DNA from: a virus
DNA length: 64,000 nt
Strand: one strand, 5' to 3'
Virus record (IMG/VR): IMGVR_UViG_3300021959_004274
Span: 1 to 64,000 of that record
Shown: positions 55,019 to 64,000 of the stretch, piece by piece
Layout: the number at the start of each line of letters is the position of its first letter
Numbering within the stretch: position 1 is the first letter of the stretch
Notes under the pieces: generated by a model
The model's database searches: none
What the model was told of the DNA's origin: nothing
Seen by the model: only the letters and a program-made list of their open reading frames with translations
Translations under genes and position numbers: made by a program

Positions 55019-56824
55019 TTACCAATTGATTAATGTTTTTAATCTCTCAACGTAGTTTTCTTCTACTTTATATATTTTACCATCTACTTCAAACTCTTTT
55101 TTGCCATCACGTTTAGCGTTAGCAAGTGCTAATGAAAATTCATTACCTTCGTCTACATCATCTTCGTTAACTGCGTCAGGTTGTACATTTGAAATAGCAG
55201 TTCTTAACAGTTTACCAGTTTCAGTTCTAAACTCAACTGCTTCGTCTGTTACTGTTTCAACTGTACCTTTAGTACCTTTGACTGTAACAATTTGATCACC
55301 TACTGATGGTGTGTATTCTTCTGTTACTGTATCTTCAGCCGCTAATACACCTGCCAGGTCTTTCATTTTACCAATATATGCTGGTTTGTCTGGATCCTGG
55401 TTTAAGCCTGGAGTTTTAACTTCTTCCCAATCTGACTTTTTACTTTGATACTTTTTCTCAAACTCTTCGTCTGATAGTTCTTCTAAGTCTAGGTGTAGCT
55501 CTTTCATTTTACCTTCTTCAAGTTCTACATCTTCCATTGGCACATCAGCGTCTCTTGCGTCCCACTCTGCGTCTGCATCTTCTTGAGCCGCTTCTAATGC
55601 TTCGTTGTGTAACTCGCCGCCTGGCTGTACCATTTGTGTACACCATTCGTCTGTTAGTTTATTGTTGCCGTCACCGTTACACCAAGCATTTAATGATTTA
55701 GGATCTACAAATGCTTTATTTTGTTCTTTATCAACAACTACTGTGTAGCGTACACCACCGTAGCCTGGTTCACCATCATCACCAGCAAATTCCCATTCCA
55801 TTTCGCTTTCCCATGAATCTGGATCAAAACCTTCGTTTACATCGTATGACATTTCTTCTGCCCACGATTCAAATTCTTTAATTTCTTTCATTGACTTACC
55901 CTCTAGTTCAAGTTTAGCCAACACTGGTATTGCTGACTCTACTCTTTGATCTAATAATCTTTCAGTAAATAATTCACGCACACGTTCCACTACTTCTTGT
56001 TGTGGTTGTTCACTGCTGTTGTATTCTTCAAATGCTTTATGATATCCACGTTTACCAATCATTGATTTAACTTTACGTTTAATATCCCCAAAGTGTCTAA
56101 GGCCACGTTCTGCAAGTTCTGTTGATTCAGAGTCTTGCCAGTCCTTACCACGTGCATATCTAGTAAAAGCACCTAGTGTTTCAATATCACTAACCAGTTC
56201 ACAAATGTACTGACCAAATGAGTCATATGGATTACCACCTTCACTTACATGTCTTGCCATAGCACGACCACCATATAGTTTATTAAATGGTAGTTTGAAA
56301 CGTTCGCCATCTGATGTTTCAACGTAAAGTGCGGCTACATTTCTGTATCGCTGATCACCTTGTTCTTCATCAATTGGTCTTGAATGTACTATTTTAAGTT
56401 TTGCTTCTTTAGTAGGTCTTGTGTATGATGTCTTTTTAAATCCGTAGTATTTTGATTCAGTGACTTGTGCCATTGTTTGCATAGCAAATTTTAGTTTATT
56501 CATATGTTTTAGACTAAACTCTAACATGTTACGTTTAGCAAAGTGGCGTAATTGATATAAAAAGTCATACCAATCTTTTTTATCTTCTGAATCCATACCT
56601 TTACCAAGCACATCACCATAGTAAACTTCTAACTCGCCTTTAGGGTTAATAGTAACTACTACTGTGCCGTAGTTTTGTTCTCCAACTTTATAGCTAAATG
56701 AGAATAAGTCTGCCTGTGTAGCATCAGATGTTTCTTTGCCTTTTGCGTCACGAGTGGTTAACTCAAAACTCTTAGCAACAAGTAGGTCAAACAGTTTCTG
56801 TCTTGTGTCTTCTAATGATATCAT
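55019..56824 (-). CDS. Large acidic, probable head-associated protein
   Basis: 601 aa downstream of terminase; many (V/L/I)xE sites; TAAATA-N5-ATG. Confidence 0.65.
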   Translation of the reverse strand: MISLEDTRQKLFDLLVAKSFELTTRDAKGKETSDATQADLFSFSYKVGEQNYGTVVVTINPKGELEVYYGDVLGKGMDSEDKKDWYDFLYQLRHFAKRNMLEFSLKHMNKLKFAMQTMAQVTESKYYGFKKTSYTRPTKEAKLKIVHSRPIDEEQGDQRYRNVAALYVETSDGERFKLPFNKLYGGRAMARHVSEGGNPYDSFGQYICELVSDIETLGAFTRYARGKDWQDSESTELAERGLRHFGDIKRKVKSMIGKRGYHKAFEEYNSSEQPQQEVVERVRELFTERLLDQRVESAIPVLAKLELEGKSMKEIKEFESWAEEMSYDVNEGFDPDSWESEMEWEFAGDDGEPGYGGVRYTVVVDKEQNKAFVDPKSLNAWCNGDGNNKLTDEWCTQMVQPGGELHNEALEAAQEDADAEWDARDADVPMEDVELEEGKMKELHLDLEELSDEEFEKKYQSKKSDWEEVKTPGLNQDPDKPAYIGKMKDLAGVLAAEDTVTEEYTPSVGDQIVTVKGTKGTVETVTDEAVEFRTETGKLLRTAISNVQPDAVNEDDVDEGNEFSLALANAKRDGKKEFEVDGKIYKVEENYVERLKTLINW

Positions 56825-56846
56825 AAGTGTATTTATCTAATCATAA

Positions 56847-58412
56847 TTAAATCATTATGAATGGAAGTGGCTCCACAATATCATCATTGTGATCACGTAA
56901 GTTGTCACCAATGTTTTTATGATATTCCTGTAGTTGTTGCATCATACGCACACCCAATACTGTTGCCATAACTAAGTCGTCATGCTCACCTGGTTTAGCC
57001 GCATAACTTGTGCCGTGTGCTACAAAGTTTTTAAGTTCACTGACTAAAGGTCTTGATTTAATTTTTAGTTTATTTGATTCAATTAAATTTTTAAGTTTAG
57101 CACAGGCAGATATTTTTGACTTGTTTGTGGTATTAAAACCTTTACGATAACGTCTACCATTGCCCATTGTTTTTGTTTCACTTAAGAATATGCCAGGAAT
57201 GTTTTCCTCACCAAACTCTGCTAGACTTATCAATGCCGCTTCACCTAGAGTGTTGTTTTCTACCGAATAGTATATTGAGTTTTGATCTTCTAAGGTTTCG
57301 TTTAAGTGTCTAATAATATCAACAAACACACGAACCTGTTCAGGTATAGTTGTTCTATTATGTTTCCATTCTGCTACTTGTTCTGTTGTTGTAGCATTAA
57401 TAACCTGCATAGCGGAGTAATCGCCACCTGTTCCTAAACTTGGATCCCAGGCCACTACATAGATATCACCCTTTTCAGGTTTACTGTACCATCGTACTTG
57501 TCCCATTTGCCGTATAGGATCAATACCCTGAAGATCTATTAACTTAGTAGGTGCAATCAATGTTTCATCATTGATAATAAATTCACAATCCATTTCACGT
57601 CTAAAACGTTCATCTCCTAGTTTAGCACGTTCTTCTTTAGCCCATTGCTCATCTCTATCTGGATGTTCATTCCAATATGATCTATATGCTCTAAATCCGT
57701 TAACACCTAGGTCAGTTGGGTTGCCATGTTCGTCTTCTGTTTTGTTTGCTTGTTTCCATAGTAAAGCAAACTGATCTTCATCTGAGTTAGGTGTTGATGT
57801 AATAATCGCTTTACCACCAGTGGTAAGTGTGGGTGAGATTGAAGTCCAGAACTCTCGGGCAATAGTAGGTCTCACAAAAGCAAACTCGTCACAGTATAGC
57901 ATTGAAATGGACATACCTCGTCCAGTGTTTTCAGTTGTTGTTTGTGCTACTATACGACTGCCGTTGTCAAATTCTATACTACCTTTATTATAACTAACAG
58001 CACCTGCTCTGATATGATCTGGACATGACTCATAAGCATATCTAACACGTTGCATAATTTCTTGTGCGCCTGCGTATTTGTGTGCGGCTACTAGCACAGT
58101 TGAATCTGGAACAAACATAGCATACCATAACAAGTAGCCAGCGGCTGATGTTGACTTGCCTGTTTGCCTAGGCATCATTGATATACTAAATCTATTATCG
58201 TGGTAAGTATTGATTAATCTTTCTTGATATTCGTAAGGTTTATACTTCATATTACCATGTATAGGATGCTGTATGGTAAAGAAGTTACTCATAAAATACA
58301 TTGGGCCAGATTTAGGATCAGCACATTTTTTAAATTCTTGTAACTGTGCTGTTGTGAATTCTGTTTTCTTGTGTGCTTTTTTAATTAATACGCCGTCTAG
58401 TGATTTAGCCAT
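56847..58412 (-). CDS. Terminase large subunit (gp17-like)
   Basis: PRQTGKS, YCDEFAF, TSTPN, WDPSLG, HDDLVMA. Confidence 0.95.
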   Translation of the reverse strand: MAKSLDGVLIKKAHKKTEFTTAQLQEFKKCADPKSGPMYFMSNFFTIQHPIHGNMKYKPYEYQERLINTYHDNRFSISMMPRQTGKSTSAAGYLLWYAMFVPDSTVLVAAHKYAGAQEIMQRVRYAYESCPDHIRAGAVSYNKGSIEFDNGSRIVAQTTTENTGRGMSISMLYCDEFAFVRPTIAREFWTSISPTLTTGGKAIITSTPNSDEDQFALLWKQANKTEDEHGNPTDLGVNGFRAYRSYWNEHPDRDEQWAKEERAKLGDERFRREMDCEFIINDETLIAPTKLIDLQGIDPIRQMGQVRWYSKPEKGDIYVVAWDPSLGTGGDYSAMQVINATTTEQVAEWKHNRTTIPEQVRVFVDIIRHLNETLEDQNSIYYSVENNTLGEAALISLAEFGEENIPGIFLSETKTMGNGRRYRKGFNTTNKSKISACAKLKNLIESNKLKIKSRPLVSELKNFVAHGTSYAAKPGEHDDLVMATVLGVRMMQQLQEYHKNIGDNLRDHNDDIVEPLPFIMI

Positions 58413-58413
58413 A

Positions 58414-58608
58414 TCACTTCCTTGGCATTGGATTTTCACCAGTTAGATGGGGTTGTGCAAACCATAACTTAAACCATTCAGGTGTACCTGGCTGTATATT
58501 ATGTTTTTTCATATACTCGCTTTTCTCGGTGGCAGTGTAACTCATATTTTCTCCCATAGTAGGAGTTGAGTTTACACCTGCCAAGTGTTTAAGCTCTTCT
58601 ATATTCAT
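58414..58608 (-). CDS. Small hypothetical protein
   Basis: ELKHLAG...NIQPGTPEWFKLWF; TAAATA-N5-ATG. Confidence 0.7.
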   Translation of the reverse strand: MNIEELKHLAGVNSTPTMGENMSYTATEKSEYMKKHNIQPGTPEWFKLWFAQPHLTGENPMPRK

Positions 58609-58612
58609 ACTA

Positions 58613-59263
58613 CTATTTAACGTCTATTGGTCTCTTTTTAACTGCTACTATGCCGTATGCTTTTTCTGCAAACGTTTGTTCTGTTGCTTTATCTAGTGCT
58701 TGTGATTCTAAGGTATTTGTTATTTCAATATCAAACCCTGCTTTAACTATTAGATTCATTAGCATACGATCTGTCATTACAGAATAGTTGTTTGGATGTG
58801 CTTCGTGGTTTCTTACATTATGTGGTTGTGCTGTTTCTATATACAACTTACCTTTTTGTTTTAACACTCTATTAAATTCTAACAATGTAATATAAGGAAA
58901 TGGTGATTTTTCTAAATCACGTCTACAGTAAATAAAGTCAACACTTTCGTCCTTATCTGACAAAAAACTAGTATGTTCGTAACGAACTTTGTGCCCTTTA
59001 TCTTGACAAAGCTGAACTTCATCTTTAAATGATGTAATGCCTGTAACATTTTTATATTTTTCTTTTTTTGCTACATCTAAAAAGTAACCTGCTGAGCAAC
59101 CTATATCTAATATTGTTGCTGTTTTTTTAATTTTAAGAGGTTTAATCATAAGATTATAAACTTCTTCTGTTGTTATTTTATTGAATTCATTTTCAGGTTC
59201 AGCTATACGCTGTGTTTGAATAAATTCATTATAGAGCTTAAATTTTACTGTGTCGAACTTCAT
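58613..59263 (-). CDS. Class I SAM methyltransferase-like protein
   Basis: ILDIGCSAG, SVDFIY, EFNRVLK..G.LYI. Confidence 0.8.
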   Translation of the reverse strand: MKFDTVKFKLYNEFIQTQRIAEPENEFNKITTEEVYNLMIKPLKIKKTATILDIGCSAGYFLDVAKKEKYKNVTGITSFKDEVQLCQDKGHKVRYEHTSFLSDKDESVDFIYCRRDLEKSPFPYITLLEFNRVLKQKGKLYIETAQPHNVRNHEAHPNNYSVMTDRMLMNLIVKAGFDIEITNTLESQALDKATEQTFAEKAYGIVAVKKRPIDVK

Positions 59264-59294
59264 GATATTTCCTTAAAAGTGTTTGTATTACTTA

Positions 59295-59987
59295 TTAGTT
59301 GTTTCGATAGTGAATAAATTTTGTTGAATTGATTATAGCGTAGTCAGGTTCGAGCATTCGTTTCACCTGAGCTTTATACTCCTCAGATGCCAAGGTTTGC
59401 TTAATTAGGTCTTGTATTTGACTCATAATTGGATCTTGCTGACTAGTTACATTACTATTTTTATAAACATTGTCAGACGGTTCATTTAGACCAAAATGAG
59501 TTTGTAAGTTGGGCTTTAAATGATAAGGGTGCCACCAAAAGTAGTTTCTAGGTAATTCTGGAAGTATTGATTGATAAAAATAATATTGTGGCCAAGTATG
59601 ATCATCAAACCAACAGACCTGATCTGCCATTATTCTTTCTACTATAGGCCAATATGTTCTTAAATCATCTATAGTAAATGCCTTAGAATTTTCTGACCAG
59701 GGAGGAAACATGATATTAGATTGTAAATATTGTGCAAACCCAGATACTAGTCTAAGAAGTGGATCTCTAAGAATAACTGTAATTGATTGTAACTTAGTTT
59801 TAGTTTGTGGGATGTCTCTATAATTAAAAGTGGTCCAGCCATTTTCAACTAGCCAACTGTTAGTAAAACTACTGGCGTTCTTAGGAATGTTAACATAAAA
59901 AGTAGCACCATCAGGGCTTAATAAACCGCCGCCCCACTTTTGTGAAAATAACGATTTAGTTAAATGTCTTGCTAATTGTTCGTACAT
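59295..59987 (-). CDS. Sulfotransferase-like protein
   Basis: YVNIPKNASS, ILRDP..R.VSG, DDHT.PQ. Confidence 0.65.
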   Translation of the reverse strand: MYEQLARHLTKSLFSQKWGGGLLSPDGATFYVNIPKNASSFTNSWLVENGWTTFNYRDIPQTKTKLQSITVILRDPLLRLVSGFAQYLQSNIMFPPWSENSKAFTIDDLRTYWPIVERIMADQVCWFDDHTWPQYYFYQSILPELPRNYFWWHPYHLKPNLQTHFGLNEPSDNVYKNSNVTSQQDPIMSQIQDLIKQTLASEEYKAQVKRMLEPDYAIINSTKFIHYRNN

Positions 59988-60604
59988 TATATTGCCTTTT
60001 CTGTGTATTCACTCTTGTTCCATCCTAGCAAATATTTAGCCTTCCAGTCGTTTTGTGTAAACCCTTTAAGGTGTTGCCATTCATCTCTTTCACGCCATAT
60101 CTGTCTTGCTGAGTCTTCAAAGTCCAACCGATTTATTTTATCTTCAAACGCATATAGTTTATCTCTAAACTCATTAAAGTCGTTGAAGTCACATTCAACA
60201 TGTAGTACTTCAAAAACTTCCCCGTCATCTCTAACATAGTCTATGTCAAAGTCCCAACCCCATTGTTGACGTGTGCGTAACAGTAAGTCTGCTTGTGGAA
60301 TAGTTTTTTGTAGTTCTAACAGTTGTTCTCTGGCTTGGTCAGCAAAACTAGCACGGTGTAAAATCATTGCGTGATCTAACAAGAGTCTAGGATGATCTAA
60401 AGTTAGCCATTGTTCTTGCCATAGTCTATGATTGAGTATTGGTTGATCTAAAGGATGACCTTCTGCTTCATAATAGCGTTGTTCTGCTTGAGTTAACTCA
60501 AAGCCATCTTTATCGTAATAGTGGAAATCTTTATTGGTGAGTTGCTCCACTGCTAGTGTACAAAGGGGGTTTTGTACTAGTGGAACATTAACTCGTTGAA
60601 ACAT
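59987..60604 (-). CDS. Hypothetical phage protein
   Basis: 205-aa coupled ORF. Confidence 0.7.
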   Translation of the reverse strand: MFQRVNVPLVQNPLCTLAVEQLTNKDFHYYDKDGFELTQAEQRYYEAEGHPLDQPILNHRLWQEQWLTLDHPRLLLDHAMILHRASFADQAREQLLELQKTIPQADLLLRTRQQWGWDFDIDYVRDDGEVFEVLHVECDFNDFNEFRDKLYAFEDKINRLDFEDSARQIWRERDEWQHLKGFTQNDWKAKYLLGWNKSEYTEKAI

Positions 60605-60605
60605 G

Positions 60606-61181
60606 TTAACCGCGTGATTGCTTAGGGCCTTGGCGACACTTCCACTTTTTATCTGTAGAGCAGTAGTATTTGCCGTGTTTGCAATTATCTAAGTTTTCTT
60701 CTTTAACGCAACTGCCTGGTTCGCCACGCTTCTTGCCTGGAACTTTTTTATAACCTTTCCAGCATTTGTCATAGACTTTGCTGTTAGGATGAGCTTCGTG
60801 CATACCAAAGTTGCCTGATGTAGAAGCTTGTTTAATGCCTTTTTCTTCTGCGTAGGCGTCTACTGACATAGCAAGTTGGAAATCAAGTACTGTAAGACCC
60901 TTAACGTCAAACGTAGACGTCTTTACTTTAACTTCTGTAACGTCTTGTGTTACTTCTGCAAAGTGATCCATTTTCTCAGATAGGTCATTAATAAAGCCTA
61001 TCATTTCTTCTGCTTGTCTGTGATCTTGGCAAACATACATTGTTTGTATTTCTCGATGATCTAACATTTCCCAGTCTGGTAAGAACTTATTTTTAATCTT
61101 ATCAAGTTGCTCGTGACTAGGAACAAACTCTTCTACATCGTTTGCTCTAAATTGACCTTCTCGGAATTCTTCAAATCTCAT
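60606..61181 (-). CDS. Pterin-4a-carbinolamine dehydratase-like domain plus Cys-rich C-terminal modules
   Basis: LPDW...SEKMDHFAEV...STFDVKGLT.LDFQLA; CWKGY...CVKE; C..GKYYC..DKKWKC. Confidence 0.65.
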   Translation of the reverse strand: MRFEEFREGQFRANDVEEFVPSHEQLDKIKNKFLPDWEMLDHREIQTMYVCQDHRQAEEMIGFINDLSEKMDHFAEVTQDVTEVKVKTSTFDVKGLTVLDFQLAMSVDAYAEEKGIKQASTSGNFGMHEAHPNSKVYDKCWKGYKKVPGKKRGEPGSCVKEENLDNCKHGKYYCSTDKKWKCRQGPKQSRG

Positions 61182-61594
61182 AACTTGACCTTGCCTTCTC
61201 GCAATAGCTTTTCTCTATTGGCCATGTGTTTGATCTGTATCTCTTCTTTTGAGCCACCAAAGTAAGCAACAGCATGTCCTTCTTCTACCAAGACGTCTGT
61301 TACCATACGTCCATCATTTGTAGTAAAGTCACCTAGAATACGACCAAACTTGCCTTTTGAATCATATTCTTTACATTTAAGTATAGACTTCTTACCTAAT
61401 AGTTGTTTGAGTCTGTCTTTAGCGGCCAGTCCAAACTTCTTTTCTGTTAAATCTCTTGTTCTTGATTCTGGAGTATCAATACCCATGATGCGTACACGTT
61501 CGTCCTTTAGCATCACGCCAAATCCTAAATCAATATCTATGTCAACTGTATCGCCGTCAACTACACGTTTAATTACTGCTTGATACTCGTACAT
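61178..61594 (-). CDS. Thermonuclease (SNase-like)
   Basis: RVVDGDT...VRIMGIDTPE...GKFGRILG. Confidence 0.9.
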   Translation of the reverse strand: MYEYQAVIKRVVDGDTVDIDIDLGFGVMLKDERVRIMGIDTPESRTRDLTEKKFGLAAKDRLKQLLGKKSILKCKEYDSKGKFGRILGDFTTNDGRMVTDVLVEEGHAVAYFGGSKEEIQIKHMANREKLLREGKVKL

Positions 61595-61738
61595 TTAATC
61601 CCTCACGTCTGCTGTTGTTATATTTGTGGGCTCTTCATCATCGCTATCGCAGTCTTTACAATAGCAATCTGGGCACTCCCAACATTCTGTGCATGATTGT
61701 CCACAGTGTGCGGAACAACCACAGTGTTCACATTTCAT
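61595..61738 (-). CDS. Cys-rich metallothionein-like peptide (47 aa, not in ORF track)
   Basis: MKCEHCGCSAHCGQSCTECWECPDCYCKDCDSDDEEPTNITTADVRD; exactly fills the gap and is coupled at both ends. Confidence 0.65.
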   Translation of the reverse strand: MKCEHCGCSAHCGQSCTECWECPDCYCKDCDSDDEEPTNITTADVRD

Positions 61739-62091
61739 CGAGGATATCCTTTAAAAGGTTGAACGGTTGATTGTTTGTTTGTGTCTTCAGGTTCACTACT
61801 AGGACCTTTAATCATGTCCTGCACTGGAATACCTAATGCTTTACATGCTTCTCGATACATTTCTGCTTCTTCTTCGGTATATGTACCAATGTACATTTTG
61901 TTACCCATGGCTGATTCAATATCAATGTCATCTAATGCCTCTGGATAGCGACCCATTAGCATACTGGCACGATATAGGCCATAATATCTATCTGCATTTG
62001 TAGAAGTCAACGCACCCGGTGATGCGGCATCATGCGTAGGTATTATTTTACCTTTATGATTTTTTTCTGTAATAAACTGTTTAGCTCTCAT
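61735..62091 (-). CDS. Hypothetical, probable head-internal protein
   Basis: MRAKQFITE N-terminus. Confidence 0.7.
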   Translation of the reverse strand: MRAKQFITEKNHKGKIIPTHDAASPGALTSTNADRYYGLYRASMLMGRYPEALDDIDIESAMGNKMYIGTYTEEEAEMYREACKALGIPVQDMIKGPSSEPEDTNKQSTVQPFKGYPR

Positions 62092-62369
62092 TCTTCTTCA
62101 ATAATCTCTAAAACTAATTCACCTTGACCTTTTATTAGTCTGTGATATTGTTCACTAGCAATAAAATATGTTTCATTCTCTTCTAGTTCAACCGGCAATT
62201 CGTTATCAAACTGTAATTGCCAACCTTGTCCTTCTATTACTTTTATCTGTCTGTCATTAGCATCACGATGCCAGGCTAAATCTGTTTCTTCAACAGTTCC
62301 TTCAAACCGTCTGTAGATAGTATTATCTAAACGTGTTTCAAAGTATGGTTTGTTACCACCACTGACCAC
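62088..62369 (-). CDS. Cupin-like hypothetical protein
   Basis: WHRD..DR...W.LQFDNELP......YHRLIKG. Confidence 0.6.
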   Translation of the reverse strand: MVSGGNKPYFETRLDNTIYRRFEGTVEETDLAWHRDANDRQIKVIEGQGWQLQFDNELPVELEENETYFIASEQYHRLIKGQGELVLEIIEEE

Positions 62370-62916
62370 CTTTAACTCCTAAACTTTTATATCTTGGTGT
62401 ACGACAAGCCCAATAGCCTGCTTTAGTTTTATCATTCTTTTGTTTACAGTTGTGTCTAGCAACAAATGATTTTACTCTTTCTGGATTACCCGACTTAACT
62501 GATAAGCCAGTTGTGTCGCCCCAACTAACTTTTTTAACTTTACCTGTTTTAGGATTTTTAACGTAGACATAAAACTTCTTAGATCCACCACGTTTAGGTT
62601 TATTAAGTTCTACTTTCTTACCTTGGTATTCTGCTTCAGATATAGCATCATCTGCAAATGGTTGATCTAACGGTACTTTGTATCCGTTTTTAAGAGTAAC
62701 AACTTGGCCAATATCTGATTCTAATAAGTCCTGATCTTCCCAGTCTGGTGTGTAGTTACCTTCTTTGATCTGCTGTCTAGCATAGTTAAACAACGCAAAG
62801 TAATTATCGCTACCAGGGCGAAATATATTCTCCCTGATAGGAATATTTTTGTCAATGTGATACTGGAACGCTTGTTCTATTGTGTTAGGTCGTTCTAATA
62901 CTTCACGAACAAGCAT
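62353..62916 (-). CDS. Hypothetical phage protein
   Basis: EAEYQGKKVELNKPKRGGSKKFYVYV...SFVARHNC...KAGYWAC. Confidence 0.75.
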   Translation of the reverse strand: MLVREVLERPNTIEQAFQYHIDKNIPIRENIFRPGSDNYFALFNYARQQIKEGNYTPDWEDQDLLESDIGQVVTLKNGYKVPLDQPFADDAISEAEYQGKKVELNKPKRGGSKKFYVYVKNPKTGKVKKVSWGDTTGLSVKSGNPERVKSFVARHNCKQKNDKTKAGYWACRTPRYKSLGVKGGQWW

Positions 62917-62920
62917 GGTA

Positions 62921-64000
62921 TTAACCTTTGTATTCTTTGTATAAGTCTAAAAGGCTTTCTTCTAACTCTTTGCTGTCGTGTAGTTTAACACTGTCACCAC
63001 GTAGTGCTGACTTGTCTTTAGGACCATTTAAACCACCTGACTGTTTGTTTAACTGTGTGTCAACATCAGCATATTTAGGATCAGGTGAATTAGCAAGTTC
63101 TTCTCCTACTTCCTCGTGTTCTTCTTCTGGTTTATATTCTTTATAACCATCTGAACGCATACCCGATAGTGCTAATAGTTGTTTAACCATATCAACGTGA
63201 TCGCCCTGAGCATTAATGTTTACTGACTCATTGCCTTGATCATCAATTGATTGTGTTAGTTGTACACTTTCATTAATTTGTGTTGCTTCTGTAACTACTT
63301 CTTCTGCAGGAAGTAAATCAGCAAGTTTTGATTCAAATTGTCTTGTTAATTCATCTACTTCTACTTCTTCAATACCTTCCTTCTTAGGACGACCACGCTC
63401 TCTCTTAGGTGCATCTGGGTCAACTATTGCATCTACTGGTTCCAATGATGTAACTTTAGTACCTTTTTGTGTATAGTGATAGTGTCTACGTGAACCATCT
63501 TTAAATGTAACAGTAAAACCTGCTTCATCATCTTTGTATGGATCCATTTCAACTTCATGACCATTTGCTTCATGCTTTTTAATAATGTCAGATACATGAT
63601 TTGGATCATAGTATTCTAAAATGCTTTCATCTGCTTCTACTGATTCTTCAATACCACACGCCGCCATAAATCTTTCTTTGTCAAAGCGTGGATTTTGTTT
63701 AGCAAAAACATCTGCGTGATGTTGTGCTAGTTCTGCTTTCTTAGCTGGTTCAGCATTTTTAATTAAGTCTGCTACCATTTGAAAATCTTTACGTGTTGGG
63801 CCTTCAGAAATTACTTCTTCTTCTTGTGCATCATCTTCATGCACATCAATTGACTCTTCTACTTCTTCTTTGTCCTCGTCCTCGTCCTCGTCTTTATCTT
63901 CTGTTTTGCCTTTTTTAGCATCTAACATTTTCTGAAAAGCCGCTTTCTGTGCTGGACTTTGTGCTTCTGTAATTGATTCTTCTTCAGCTTCTACTGACTC
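62921..64000 (-). CDS. Acidic head/scaffold-like protein (5'-partial)
   Basis: Frame is open to the window end; E-rich with many (I/V/L)xE sites. Confidence 0.65.
   Translation of the reverse strand, partial: ESVEAEEESITEAQSPAQKAAFQKMLDAKKGKTEDKDEDEDEDKEEVEESIDVHEDDAQEEEVISEGPTRKDFQMVADLIKNAEPAKKAELAQHHADVFAKQNPRFDKERFMAACGIEESVEADESILEYYDPNHVSDIIKKHEANGHEVEMDPYKDDEAGFTVTFKDGSRRHYHYTQKGTKVTSLEPVDAIVDPDAPKRERGRPKKEGIEEVEVDELTRQFESKLADLLPAEEVVTEATQINESVQLTQSIDDQGNESVNINAQGDHVDMVKQLLALSGMRSDGYKEYKPEEEHEEVGEELANSPDPKYADVDTQLNKQSGGLNGPKDKSALRGDSVKLHDSKELEESLLDLYKEYKG

Noticed and set aside
63872-63892. (gtcctc)n microsatellite
   Set aside because: It simply encodes a low-complexity ED run in an acidic protein.
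1-64000. Stop-codon reassignment, CRISPR array, rRNA or integrase
   Set aside because: Genes tile densely in the standard code using all three stops. No repeat-spacer array, rRNA-like tract or recombinase was seen.

Overview
This window is a 64-kb, AT-rich, mostly minus-strand segment of a large T4-like (myovirus/jumbo-type) phage genome read in the standard code. The host is probably proteobacterial, inferred from the IscU/IscA/ErpA, ClpX/ClpS and class Ia RNR genes. Contents: (1) a proteostasis/translation module (clpS, hsp20, bS21, clpX) plus an unannotated ArfA-like peptide; (2) DNA ligase, nrdAB and glutaredoxin; (3) three membrane fatty-acid desaturases; (4) PAAR and tail genes; (5) an Fe-S assembly cassette; (6) replication and recombination genes (helicase, primase, a 190-aa mini-DnaE, UvsW, UvsX, UvsY, gp32); (7) a glycosyltransferase/methyltransferase/radical-SAM cluster; (8) large terminase and many probable head-internal proteins. 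The top finding is in iscU. The gene is interrupted right after Cys37-Gly38 by GGA-TGA-C-GGA. A 7-nt ribosomal hop between the matched GGA codons would restore a canonical 126-aa IscU. The stop codon sits in a GNRA-tetraloop hairpin, a long GC-rich hairpin lies just 5', and a free-standing HNH endonuclease gene lies 3 nt upstream. This looks like a miniature analogue of the T4 mobA/gene 60 bypass cassette. Other notable signals: a 3'-UTR hairpin whose loop is antisense to the RBS of two early genes, a recurring TAAATA-N5-ATG leaderless-type late gene layout, a ROSE-like thermometer before hsp20, and a metallothionein-like peptide. All calls come from reading motifs by eye; no database search was run.
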